Assembly: GCA_964364125.1 (NCBI GenBank) | Contig: CAYIKS010000003.1 | Span: 1 to 38,061, forward strand | Source: an uncultured Candidatus Saccharibacteria bacterium | GTDB taxonomy: Bacteria; Patescibacteriota; Minisyncoccia; UBA6257; UBA9933 | Length of the DNA: 38,061 nt | Direction: 5' to 3' | Shown here: positions 25,149 through 33,097 of the stretch, piece by piece | Layout: each line of letters begins with the position of its first letter | Numbering within the stretch: position 1 is the first letter of the stretch | Translations under genes and position numbers: made by a program | Notes under the pieces: generated by a model | Seen by the model: the letters and a program-made list of their open reading frames with translations, nothing else | What the model was told of the DNA's origin: nothing | Database searches by the model: none

Positions 25149-25526
25149 ATGAAAAGATTGTTACTGGTGATAGTTATGATTTTTATTTTTCTTCCGGGCT
25201 GTTTTGGCGGCTACTACTATGGCCCTGGAGTAAAAGTTTACAGCAACGTCCCGTACCACAGCTCTACGATAACTGTAATGAACGGGACAATGTTCGTGTT
25301 GGATGTCATCCATGACGGCCGGCTAGTTTGGACCGGAGTATCTCCCGGCGAACATCGGGCGGTTGGGGTTTGGAATTTATCGTCTTCCGGGCTCCAGACC
25401 ACAATTGTTATCAGAGCCTACGATAATGACAGACTCGTAGGCACTGCCTATCGCGCCTTCTATGTTTCGGGGTATTATAGGCAGTCCGAGGTTTGGAATG
25501 TTCTTCGCTGGGATATCCAGCACTGA
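25149..25526 (+). CDS. Small lipoprotein, function unknown
   Basis: 125 aa with a signal peptide and lipobox (IFIFLPG|C). It is beta-rich and Tyr/Gly/Val-rich. No family recognised. Confidence 0.7.
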   Translation: MKRLLLVIVMIFIFLPGCFGGYYYGPGVKVYSNVPYHSSTITVMNGTMFVLDVIHDGRLVWTGVSPGEHRAVGVWNLSSSGLQTTIVIRAYDNDRLVGTAYRAFYVSGYYRQSEVWNVLRWDIQH

Positions 25527-25532
25527 CAGTTC

Positions 25533-25572
25533 GCCCCGCCTTCGCACTTTACGAAGTCGGGGCTTTATTTTT
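25533..25572 (+). terminator. Rho-independent terminator
   Basis: GC-rich stem GCCCCGCCTTCG / CGAAGTCGGGGC with one mismatch, followed by TTTATTTTTT. Confidence 0.8.
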
Positions 25573-25605
25573 TATTCTATATTATATATTCTTGATTCTA
25601 ATATT

Positions 25606-26142
25606 ATGTCCGGACATTCGCATTGGGCGGGTATAAAACATAAAAAAACTTTAACTGACCAAAAACGCGGGCAGTTGTTTTCAAAATTATTGAACGCCGT
25701 TGCCCTTGCGGCGCGCCAAGAACCAAATCCCCAATTTAATCCGCGACTGCGCACCGCCATTGAAAAAGCCCGCGAAAACAACGTGCCTTCGGATAAGATA
25801 GAAGGAGCAATTCGCCGCGCCTCTGATGCCAAGGAAAATTTGGAGGAATTACTGCTGGAGGCCTACGGTCCTGAAGGCGTGGCGATTTTGATTGAAGCCA
25901 TTACCGACAACAAAAACCGCACCGTGGCAGAAGTGAAAAAAATATTATCCGACAACGATGCCAAATGGGCCGACCCGGGCAGCGTGCGCTGGGCTTTTGA
26001 ACAAGCAAAAGGGGAATCGGGCCCTGTCTGGCAAGAAAAATTCAAACAACAAATTTCTCCTGAAGTTCAAATAAAGCTCCAAAAACTAATTGAAGAACTA
26101 TTGGAACAAAACGAAGTACAGGAAGTGTATACTAATACTTAA
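25606..26142 (+). CDS. yebC: YebC/PmpR (TACO1) family protein, shortened form
   Basis: The N-terminus MSGHSHWAGIKHKK, the block EAYGPEGVAILIEAITDNKNRTVAEVK and the C-terminus EVQEVYTN match the family. It is 178 aa. The track's upstream extension reads through the terminator. Confidence 0.85.
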   Translation: MSGHSHWAGIKHKKTLTDQKRGQLFSKLLNAVALAARQEPNPQFNPRLRTAIEKARENNVPSDKIEGAIRRASDAKENLEELLLEAYGPEGVAILIEAITDNKNRTVAEVKKILSDNDAKWADPGSVRWAFEQAKGESGPVWQEKFKQQISPEVQIKLQKLIEELLEQNEVQEVYTNT

Positions 26143-26613
26143 ATGTTGATACTGGGTCTTGACCCGGGCTCCACGCGGGTGGGCTACGGTCTGATTGAAA
26201 AAAATAAAAATAAATTAACGCTTGTCAAAAGCGGTCTATTGAAAATCATCGCCAAAGATAAAGCCGAGCGGCTTTTAAATTTAGAAAAGTCGTTCTCTCA
26301 ACTGCTTAAAAAGCAAAAACTTGATTTGGCGGCGATGGAAAAGCTGTTTTTCGTCAAAAATCTTAAAACCGGCTTGGAAGTTGCCCAGTCCCGCGGGGTC
26401 TTGACATTATTAATCAGCCGACGCAAAATACCCCTAATAGAATACACGCCTTCGGAAATTAAGCTCGCGGTAACTGGCTACGGCAAAGCGGACAAAAAAG
26501 CAGTAGGAAGAATGGTTGCGAAAATTTTAAATGTTGATAAAATTGAGGGGCCGGATGACGTCAGCGACGCTTTGGCGACGGCAATCTGCGCCGCCCACAA
26601 TTTAATTATTTAA
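26143..26613 (+). CDS. ruvC: Crossover junction endodeoxyribonuclease RuvC
   Basis: 156 aa with ILGLDPGSTRVGYGLIE at the N-terminus and the C-terminal DVSDALATAICAA. Confidence 0.93.
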   Translation: MLILGLDPGSTRVGYGLIEKNKNKLTLVKSGLLKIIAKDKAERLLNLEKSFSQLLKKQKLDLAAMEKLFFVKNLKTGLEVAQSRGVLTLLISRRKIPLIEYTPSEIKLAVTGYGKADKKAVGRMVAKILNVDKIEGPDDVSDALATAICAAHNLII

Positions 26614-26649
26614 TTAACCATAAAGGTCGCTTTTTATTTTTAAAAACAA

Positions 26650-26826
26650 ATGATTGCTACAGAGTTAAAGTCCTTAAAAATGCAAGGCGAAGAAGCAAGC
26701 GATGTCTGTCCTGTTTGCCGCGAAGAATTAATCGACGGCGTTTGCCCGAAGTGCAACCCAAAAGAGGAATCTGAATCGCTGGACGAAGCAGAGATTGATG
26801 AAGTTGATGAATCTGAAAAGATGTAA
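26650..26826 (+). CDS. 58-aa zinc-ribbon protein with an acidic tail (below the ORF-track size cut-off)
   Basis: My own translation is MIATELKSLKMQGEEASDVCPVCREELIDGVCPKCNPKEESESLDEAEIDEVDESEKM. It has two CPxC knuckles and is followed immediately by a very strong terminator. Confidence 0.55.
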   Translation: MIATELKSLKMQGEEASDVCPVCREELIDGVCPKCNPKEESESLDEAEIDEVDESEKM

Positions 26827-26835
26827 AATTTATTC

Positions 26836-26886
26836 CCGCCCCGCCCTTACGGCGCAAGCCGTAAGGGCGGGGCGGATTTTTGTTTT
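26836..26886 (+). terminator. Very strong rho-independent terminator
   Basis: Perfect 18-bp GC-rich stem (CCGCCCCGCCCTTACGGC / GCCGTAAGGGCGGGGCGG) with a GCAA tetraloop, followed by ATTTTTGTTTT. Confidence 0.9.
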
Positions 26887-26907
26887 ATTAAAAAATTTTC
26901 TTATAAT
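26880..26907 (+). promoter_or_regulatory. Putative PBP1A promoter TTGTTT-N16-TATAAT, with the hexamer ending 7 nt before the GTG start
   Basis: TATAAT at 26902-26907 and the start codon at 26914, with no SD between them. Confidence 0.35.
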
Positions 26908-26913
26908 AAGACA

Positions 26914-29016
26914 GTGGGTAAAAAAAGGAGATTATTTTTAAAAATTATTTTTTTGCTTTTCCTAATGATTCTTGGGTTGGCTCTTTTTGGCTTGGCGGCC
27001 GTAAGTAAGATAGCCAAAGAACTGCCGAATCCCGAGCAATTTGCCAGCCGGCCGATTATAGAATCAACTAAAATTTACGACCGCGCCGGCGAGATTTTGC
27101 TTTACGAAATTCACGGCGAAGAAAAAAGAACGGTGATTCCCTTTGGTGAAATTCCGGATTACGTGAAAAAGGCGACATTGACAATTGAAGATAGAAATTT
27201 TTACACGCATCAGGCTTTTGATTGGCGGGCGGTGCTTAGGGCTCTTATTGTAAATATTATAGAGGGGAGGGTGGCTCAGGGCGGTTCAACTATTACCCAA
27301 CAATTGGCAAAAAATACCTTCTTGAAGCCGGAAAAAACCATAGAAAGAAAAATTAAAGAGGTCGTTTTGGCTTATTGGTTGGAACGCAATTATTCCAAAG
27401 ATGAGATTTTCAATTTATATCTAAATCAAATTTCTTACGGCGCCAGCGCTTATGGCATTGAAGCCGCCGCCAAAACTTATTTTGACAAATCAGCCAAAGG
27501 GCTGACCCTGTCCGAGGCCGCGACTTTGGCGGCGCTGCCGCGCGCTCCGACATATTACTCTCCTTGGGGGCCGCACGCCGACGAGCTGGAACGCCGCCGA
27601 AATTACATTTTGGAACAGATGCTTGAATTGGGATTTATTGATGAAGAAGAAAAAGAGCGCTCCAAAAACACTCAACCGAAATTCGCCGTTCGGGGCCTCG
27701 GCTCAATTAAAGCCCCACACTTTGTAATGATGGTTCGCGATTATCTTGTTAATAAACACGGCGAAGAAGCGGTGGAGAAATCCGGGTTTAAGGTAATAAC
27801 CACTCTGGATTGGAAAATGCAGGAAATCGCCGAAAGAGTTGTCGGAGAAGGGGCGGAACGCAATGAATTATTATACCAAGGGAAAAACGCGGCTTTGGTT
27901 GCTCAGGACCCGAAAACCGGCCAAATTCTTGCCCTGGTTGGTTCACGCGATTATTTTAACGAAGACGTTGAGGGTAAATTCAACGTTGCTGTCCAAGGAT
28001 TAAGACAGCCGGGCTCGGCTCTTAAGCCATTCGCTTATCTTACGGCTTTTAAAAAAGGTTATACGCCTGACACTTTTCTTTTTGATTTACCGACGGAGTT
28101 TTCTTCTTATATAAATGTCTGTCCGTTGATTAATATAAATTATTCCGATAAAAATCCGCTTTGTTTCCATCCCCAGAATTTCAGCCAGACATTTCAGGGG
28201 CCGGTGACTTTTCGTCAAGCCCTGGCTCAATCAATTAATGTGCCGTCGGTGAAGGTATTGTATCTCGCCGGTCTAGCCGAAACCATTAAAACCTCACAGG
28301 ATTTTGGAATCACCACTTTGAACGATTTAAGCCGTTTCGGCCTTTCCCTGGTTTTGGGGGGCGGCGAAGTGAAATTAATTGAAATGGTCGGGGCTTACTC
28401 GGTTTTTAGCCAAGAAGGCGTAAAACATCAGCAATCGTTTATTCTTCGGATAACAGACAATCAGGGTATGATTTTAGAACAATATCGCGACCAAGCAACG
28501 CAAGTCGCAGAACCGCAATATATAAGATTAATTAATAATATTCTTTCTGACGAAGAAGCGCGCCGGCCTCTTTTCCAAAATAGTTTTAATTTAACCGTCT
28601 TCCCCAATAGAGAAGTGGCTTTGAAAACCGGGACCACTAATGACTTCCGCGACGCCTGGGCAATTGGCTATACTCCGTCTTTGGTGGTTGGCGTGTGGGC
28701 GGGCAATAATGACAACAAACCGATGCAAAAGCAAGCCGGCAGCATTTTGGCGGCCGTGCCGATCTGGCACGCCTTTCTTAATGAAATCCTAAATAATTAT
28801 CCCGAAGAGTTTTTTAATCGGCCCGAGTCATTGCCGCTTATTGAAAAATTGATGTTTAACGGGAATTATATCGGTGAAGACAATCAATTTCACGATATTC
28901 TTTATTACATTGACAAAAACGACCCGTTAGGACCGATTCCAGAGAATCCCGAAATTGATTCCCAGTTTTACAATTGGGAAGAGCCGGTAAAAAACTGGAA
29001 ACCCCTTACGCCTTAA
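26914..29016 (+). CDS. Class A penicillin-binding protein (PBP1A type: glycosyltransferase plus transpeptidase)
   Basis: 700 aa with an N-terminal TM helix and GT51 motifs (TIEDRNFYTH, GGSTITQQLAKN). The transpeptidase motifs are SALKP (SxxK) and KTGTT. Confidence 0.92.
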   Translation: MGKKRRLFLKIIFLLFLMILGLALFGLAAVSKIAKELPNPEQFASRPIIESTKIYDRAGEILLYEIHGEEKRTVIPFGEIPDYVKKATLTIEDRNFYTHQAFDWRAVLRALIVNIIEGRVAQGGSTITQQLAKNTFLKPEKTIERKIKEVVLAYWLERNYSKDEIFNLYLNQISYGASAYGIEAAAKTYFDKSAKGLTLSEAATLAALPRAPTYYSPWGPHADELERRRNYILEQMLELGFIDEEEKERSKNTQPKFAVRGLGSIKAPHFVMMVRDYLVNKHGEEAVEKSGFKVITTLDWKMQEIAERVVGEGAERNELLYQGKNAALVAQDPKTGQILALVGSRDYFNEDVEGKFNVAVQGLRQPGSALKPFAYLTAFKKGYTPDTFLFDLPTEFSSYINVCPLININYSDKNPLCFHPQNFSQTFQGPVTFRQALAQSINVPSVKVLYLAGLAETIKTSQDFGITTLNDLSRFGLSLVLGGGEVKLIEMVGAYSVFSQEGVKHQQSFILRITDNQGMILEQYRDQATQVAEPQYIRLINNILSDEEARRPLFQNSFNLTVFPNREVALKTGTTNDFRDAWAIGYTPSLVVGVWAGNNDNKPMQKQAGSILAAVPIWHAFLNEILNNYPEEFFNRPESLPLIEKLMFNGNYIGEDNQFHDILYYIDKNDPLGPIPENPEIDSQFYNWEEPVKNWKPLTP

Positions 29017-30124
29017 TAGGCATAAGAATGTATAAATAAGAACCGTCATCGGGGGATTTTATCAAGGCCGGTTTATTGCCGCCGTTTAACCCAAAAAACA
29101 CACTCTCTGTTTTTAGCGGCTTAACGCCGTCCAGAAGGAATCGCCAATTAAATACCGCCTCGGTTGTCGGTCCTTTTATTTTGGTTGGGATGAGATATTG
29201 ATTCTCTCCCAGTCCTTGACTTGAGGAATAAACCTCTATATTTTTTGTGTTTTCCTTAATGATAATCTTTATCTCGTTGAGCCGCTGGGTAAAAGCGCTT
29301 GTGAGTTTTAGGGCGCTAATTAATTTCTCTTTGTTTAAAATCAATTCGGTTTCTGTTGTTTTTGGAATAATTGGTTGATAATCGGGAAATTCTCCATTGA
29401 CCAGTCGGGAAATTATTTCAATGTTTTCATTCTTAAACATAATCTGATTGGGTTCGAAATAGATATAAGCTTGAGTGTTTTCGGGTAGGGAAGAAAATGC
29501 TTTTATCGCTTCTTGAATTGTTTTTGATGGGATAATTAATTTAAAATTATTATTAATGGGAGATTTAAATTTGTCATCGTAAATAATCTTTTCAGACAAC
29601 CGAAAACTGTCGGTGGCGGCCAATTTAATGAGATTTATTTGGTAATCAAATAACGCCCCATTAAGTTCTGGTCGAGTTTCAGAAAATTGAGCGGAATTGA
29701 TTATTGAGTTTAATGATTCAATAACCGCTTGATTGGATATTTCTATAAAAGATTTATTATTTATAATTTGGGGGATAATGGGAAATTCATCCTTATTAAT
29801 CCCCTGAATTTTAGCCTCATAATTATCTGTTTGAATTATTATATTATTGCTTTTTATTTCTATATTTATTCTTTCGTCGGAAAGATTATTGATTATATTA
29901 AAAAATATATCCAAAGGAACTGTTAAAGCGCCTTTTTCAATAATTTTTCCCGACACATAACAAGTAATCGCTAATTCTAAATTAGTGGCCGATAATTTTA
30001 TTTTATTATCAATGGTTTCAATTAAAAAATTTTTAAGGATGGGTAAATTGACATTCGTCGATTTAACTCCGCTAATTATCCCCAAACCATCCTTTAAGTT
30101 TTTCCTTAAAACTATAATTTTCAT
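29006..30124 (-). CDS. dnaN: DNA polymerase III beta sliding clamp
   Basis: 372 aa, three-domain clamp pattern (N-terminus MKIIVLRKNLKDGL..., ...LKLAATDSFRLSE...), located directly downstream of dnaA. The 3' end overlaps the convergent PBP1A gene by 11 nt. Confidence 0.93.
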   Translation of the reverse strand: MKIIVLRKNLKDGLGIISGVKSTNVNLPILKNFLIETIDNKIKLSATNLELAITCYVSGKIIEKGALTVPLDIFFNIINNLSDERINIEIKSNNIIIQTDNYEAKIQGINKDEFPIIPQIINNKSFIEISNQAVIESLNSIINSAQFSETRPELNGALFDYQINLIKLAATDSFRLSEKIIYDDKFKSPINNNFKLIIPSKTIQEAIKAFSSLPENTQAYIYFEPNQIMFKNENIEIISRLVNGEFPDYQPIIPKTTETELILNKEKLISALKLTSAFTQRLNEIKIIIKENTKNIEVYSSSQGLGENQYLIPTKIKGPTTEAVFNWRFLLDGVKPLKTESVFFGLNGGNKPALIKSPDDGSYLYILMPIKA

Positions 30125-30244
30125 TTAATTTATAAATATCTTATTGTTATAGTAGAGATTGTTAATTTGTTAATAAGGCAAAATTAAACATTTAAACATT
30201 CAAATATTAAAACATTTATGTTGGTAAAACTTGTGGATTTTAAT
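30125..30244. promoter_or_regulatory. AT-rich dnaA-dnaN spacer: possible oriC half or DNA-unwinding element
   Basis: An 8-nt-period array of AAACATT occurs at 30186, 30194, 30210, with a degenerate copy at 30202. A DnaA-box-like tgtggattt lies at 30232-30240. Confidence 0.4.
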
Positions 30245-31594
30245 TTAAGAATTTTTATAAATTAATTCTTTAATTAAAATGATTTTATTATTTAAACCCC
30301 GATTTATGTTTATTTCCTTGGAAATTTTTTCACAAGAATGAATAGCGGTTGTGTGGTCTCTTTTGCCCAATCTTTCCCCAATATCAGGATAAGACATCCC
30401 CACTAAATCTCTTAAAAGAAAAGCGGCGATTTGGCGAGGCCCGATAATTTCCTTTCTTCGGGAGCGGTCAATTAAAGCGTCTTGAGAGAGTTCAAAAAAA
30501 TCAGCCACCGACTTAACAATAATATTGGCGCTTATTTTTTTAACTAATTGCTGAGCAACCTCATTAATAATTTCCTCCGCTGTTTTAATAGTAAAATCAA
30601 CATTTTTTACTTCTTTATAAAAGAGCATTCTATTTAAAACCCCTTCAATTTCTCTGATATTTCTCTGTATTTTAGTGGCGATTAAATGACATATTTCATC
30701 GGATAAATCAACGCCTTTTTCATTGAGTTTGTTTTTAATAATCGCCACCCTCATTTCAAAATCAGGGCAGGTAATGTCGGCAATCATTCCGCCCTCAAAA
30801 CGAGAACGGAGCCGTTCCTCTAGGGTGGGGATGGCGGCTGGCGGCCGGTCGGAAGAAATAATTATTTGTTTGTTGTTTTCGTGTAAAACATTAAAAGTGT
30901 GAAAAAATTCCATCTCGCTCGCTTCTTTCCCTCCGATAAATTGGATATCGTCGATAATTAAAACATCAACATTGCGATATTTATTCTTAACATCCTCCAT
31001 TCTTTTATTACGAATCGCCCCAACAACATCGATAACAAATTTTTCCGAAGTAATGTATTTTATTTTTATTTTATTTTTGTAAAAATTTTTCATTTCATTG
31101 CCAGCCGCTTGAATAAGGTGGGTCTTTCCCAAACCAACGCCGCCGTAAATAAAAAGGGGGTTGTATTTTTTGCCGATATGCTTAACAACCGCGGTCGTTG
31201 CCGCGTACGCCAGCTCATTAGAAGAACCGACCACAAACGATTTTAATTTATAACGGGGATGAAGACCGGTTTCGGAATCAATCTTTAATTCCGGAAAACT
31301 TAATTGAGCTTCATCATCTTGTTGAGCGCTGAATATTAATTGCTTTTCGGTTATCACAAGATACTCAACTTTTTTAATTGAACTGTCCAACGAGCGCAAA
31401 ATTCCCAAAATTAATTTATTGTATTTATTTTCAACCCACTCTTTGGTGAAATTGTTGGAAAGGCCGATTAAAACCACGCCGTCGTCTCGTTTTTCAATTA
31501 GACGACTGTTTTTAAACCAGGTTAAAAAGTTCGGCCGTGAAATTTGAAGTTCAATTTCCGCCAGGGTTGTTTGCCAAATTTGTTTTAAGTCCAT
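30245..31594 (-). CDS. dnaA: Chromosomal replication initiator DnaA
   Basis: 449 aa with Walker A GGVGLGKTHL, Walker B VLIIDDIQF and the C-terminal DNA-binding domain (…DHTTAIHSCEKI). Confidence 0.97.
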   Translation of the reverse strand: MDLKQIWQTTLAEIELQISRPNFLTWFKNSRLIEKRDDGVVLIGLSNNFTKEWVENKYNKLILGILRSLDSSIKKVEYLVITEKQLIFSAQQDDEAQLSFPELKIDSETGLHPRYKLKSFVVGSSNELAYAATTAVVKHIGKKYNPLFIYGGVGLGKTHLIQAAGNEMKNFYKNKIKIKYITSEKFVIDVVGAIRNKRMEDVKNKYRNVDVLIIDDIQFIGGKEASEMEFFHTFNVLHENNKQIIISSDRPPAAIPTLEERLRSRFEGGMIADITCPDFEMRVAIIKNKLNEKGVDLSDEICHLIATKIQRNIREIEGVLNRMLFYKEVKNVDFTIKTAEEIINEVAQQLVKKISANIIVKSVADFFELSQDALIDRSRRKEIIGPRQIAAFLLRDLVGMSYPDIGERLGKRDHTTAIHSCEKISKEININRGLNNKIILIKELIYKNS

Positions 31595-31732
31595 ACTATT
31601 GGGGTTGTTCTTATTTTATTCTCAAAGATTATTAAGTCAATTAAGAAAAAGTTGTGAATGTGTTAATTTCCTGTGGATAATTATTTTTAATTTTACTATT
31701 ATGATATACTATATATAGATATAGTAAGCAAT
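31595..31732. promoter_or_regulatory. dnaA upstream spacer with DnaA boxes: candidate oriC and dnaA autoregulatory region
   Basis: A perfect box tgtggataa lies at 31672-31680 (TTATCCACA on the minus strand) and a weaker one, tgtgaatgt, at 31653-31661. An AT-rich tract (tatgatatactatatatagatatag) follows. Genes diverge from this point. Confidence 0.5.
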
Positions 31733-32743
31733 ATGGAAAATCAAGATTTAAACAAGTCGGTTTCAAAAGAAGGGACTCCGTCGCCTCCGCCGCCGGAAAT
31801 TTTAATAAGGACGATGGAATCCGACATTAAAGCCATCCAAGAAGGCGGCGGCGAACTTTTGGCGGGGAAGCCGGAAGCCCAAATTGAGGGCTTGCCGTCA
31901 GCGGCCGCAAAAAAAGAAGATTTGATTTTTACGCCAACCTCAATTATTTCCGAGCGTCCGCAGTTTCAGAAACAACCGGAAATCATCCAGCCGGCAAAAA
32001 CGCCGTTCATAAAAAAACCAACCGTTCTTATTATAGGAACTTTATTTGTTGCGGGATTGGGATTTGCTGCCGGGTATTATTTTATTTTTCCGTCAATCAT
32101 CCCGCAAGAAACCCCGCCGGATTCAATAACGGAATCGCCTCCGGAAGTTCCCGCCGCGGCTCATCAATCGTTTTTTTTCATTCCCGCGGATAAAGTTGAA
32201 AAAATCAGACTGGCGACCGTTAACTTGACCGCGATAAAAAGCGCTCTTACCGAATTAAGCCAGGATAATTCACCGGCCAACACTTTTAAAGAAGTAATAT
32301 TTCAAACCGCCCAAAAGCCGGTTAGTTTCCAACTTTTTCTTCAAGAAGTGTTGCCGGATTTTCCCTTAAAAACCGCCGATTTTTTTGAAGAGGATTTTAC
32401 CGGATTTCTTTATTATGACGATAAAGGCGCCTGGCCAGGTTATATCGCCAAACTAAAATCGGAAATAATAATTATCACCGCCCAAACCCAGACCAAACAA
32501 ATAGAATCATCAACAGAATTAAAAAATTTTTTCATTCAATCGCCCGGTCCGGCGGACACAAAAGGGTTTCAGAACGGAGAAGTCGGCGGCAAGCCGATAC
32601 GTTATCTCGTCTTTCCGAGGTCGGGCTTAGCCCTCAGTTACGGATTGTTTACTAACTTTGTGGACTCAAAAGCGGTTCATTATTTGGCAATAAGCGCGTC
32701 CCCGCGCGGTCTTGAAGAAGCCCTCAAAAGATTATTAAAATAA
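31733..32743 (+). CDS. Membrane protein with a Pro-rich N-terminus and an IRTMESDI motif, function unknown
   Basis: 336-aa ORF with one TM helix (VLIIGTLFVAGLGFAAGYYFIF). No family recognised with confidence. Confidence 0.65.
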   Translation: MENQDLNKSVSKEGTPSPPPPEILIRTMESDIKAIQEGGGELLAGKPEAQIEGLPSAAAKKEDLIFTPTSIISERPQFQKQPEIIQPAKTPFIKKPTVLIIGTLFVAGLGFAAGYYFIFPSIIPQETPPDSITESPPEVPAAAHQSFFFIPADKVEKIRLATVNLTAIKSALTELSQDNSPANTFKEVIFQTAQKPVSFQLFLQEVLPDFPLKTADFFEEDFTGFLYYDDKGAWPGYIAKLKSEIIIITAQTQTKQIESSTELKNFFIQSPGPADTKGFQNGEVGGKPIRYLVFPRSGLALSYGLFTNFVDSKAVHYLAISASPRGLEEALKRLLK

Positions 32744-33081
32744 TGACTATGCCCGATAAAAATATTATTCAAAAATTTAAAATTATGCTGGAAAACACGA
32801 AGAAAGAGATTGAATTAAGGCTGAAAAAACGAAAAAAACTGCCGGATTTTGGCGACGACGTCGGCCCGGACGAAGAAACCGATGAGTCAGCGGAAATTAA
32901 CCGCCACTTTTCTCTTATTCAGGCCTTTAAAAACCGCTTAGCCGATATTGAGTCAGCTCTAAGGAAAATTCGGAAAGGCGCTTACGGAACCTGCGAAAAA
33001 TGTGGGAAAAAAATTTCTTTGGATTTGCTTAAAGTTGATCCTGAATCGCGACTATGTAAAGAATGTAAAAAACCTTCCTAA
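32743..33081 (+). CDS. DksA/TraR family C4-type zinc-finger protein
   Basis: 112 aa with a coiled-coil N-terminus and the C-terminal CEKCGKKI...CKECK finger. Its ATG overlaps the upstream stop. Confidence 0.85.
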   Translation: MTMPDKNIIQKFKIMLENTKKEIELRLKKRKKLPDFGDDVGPDEETDESAEINRHFSLIQAFKNRLADIESALRKIRKGAYGTCEKCGKKISLDLLKVDPESRLCKECKKPS

Positions 33082-33097
33082 GATTTTCAATTTTGAT

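Noticed and set aside
25462-25605. Upstream extensions of yebC (from 25462), comM (from 33002) and rpsA (TTG at 16323).
   Set aside because: The yebC extension reads through a rho-independent terminator and overlaps the lipoprotein gene. The comM extension overlaps the DksA-like gene. In all three cases a downstream ATG starts exactly at the conserved family N-terminus.
26657-26857. 66-aa minus-strand ORF listed in the track.
   Set aside because: It includes the 18-bp terminator hairpin and is Arg/Leu-rich and low in complexity. The plus-strand 58-aa zinc-ribbon ORF ending just before the terminator explains the region better.
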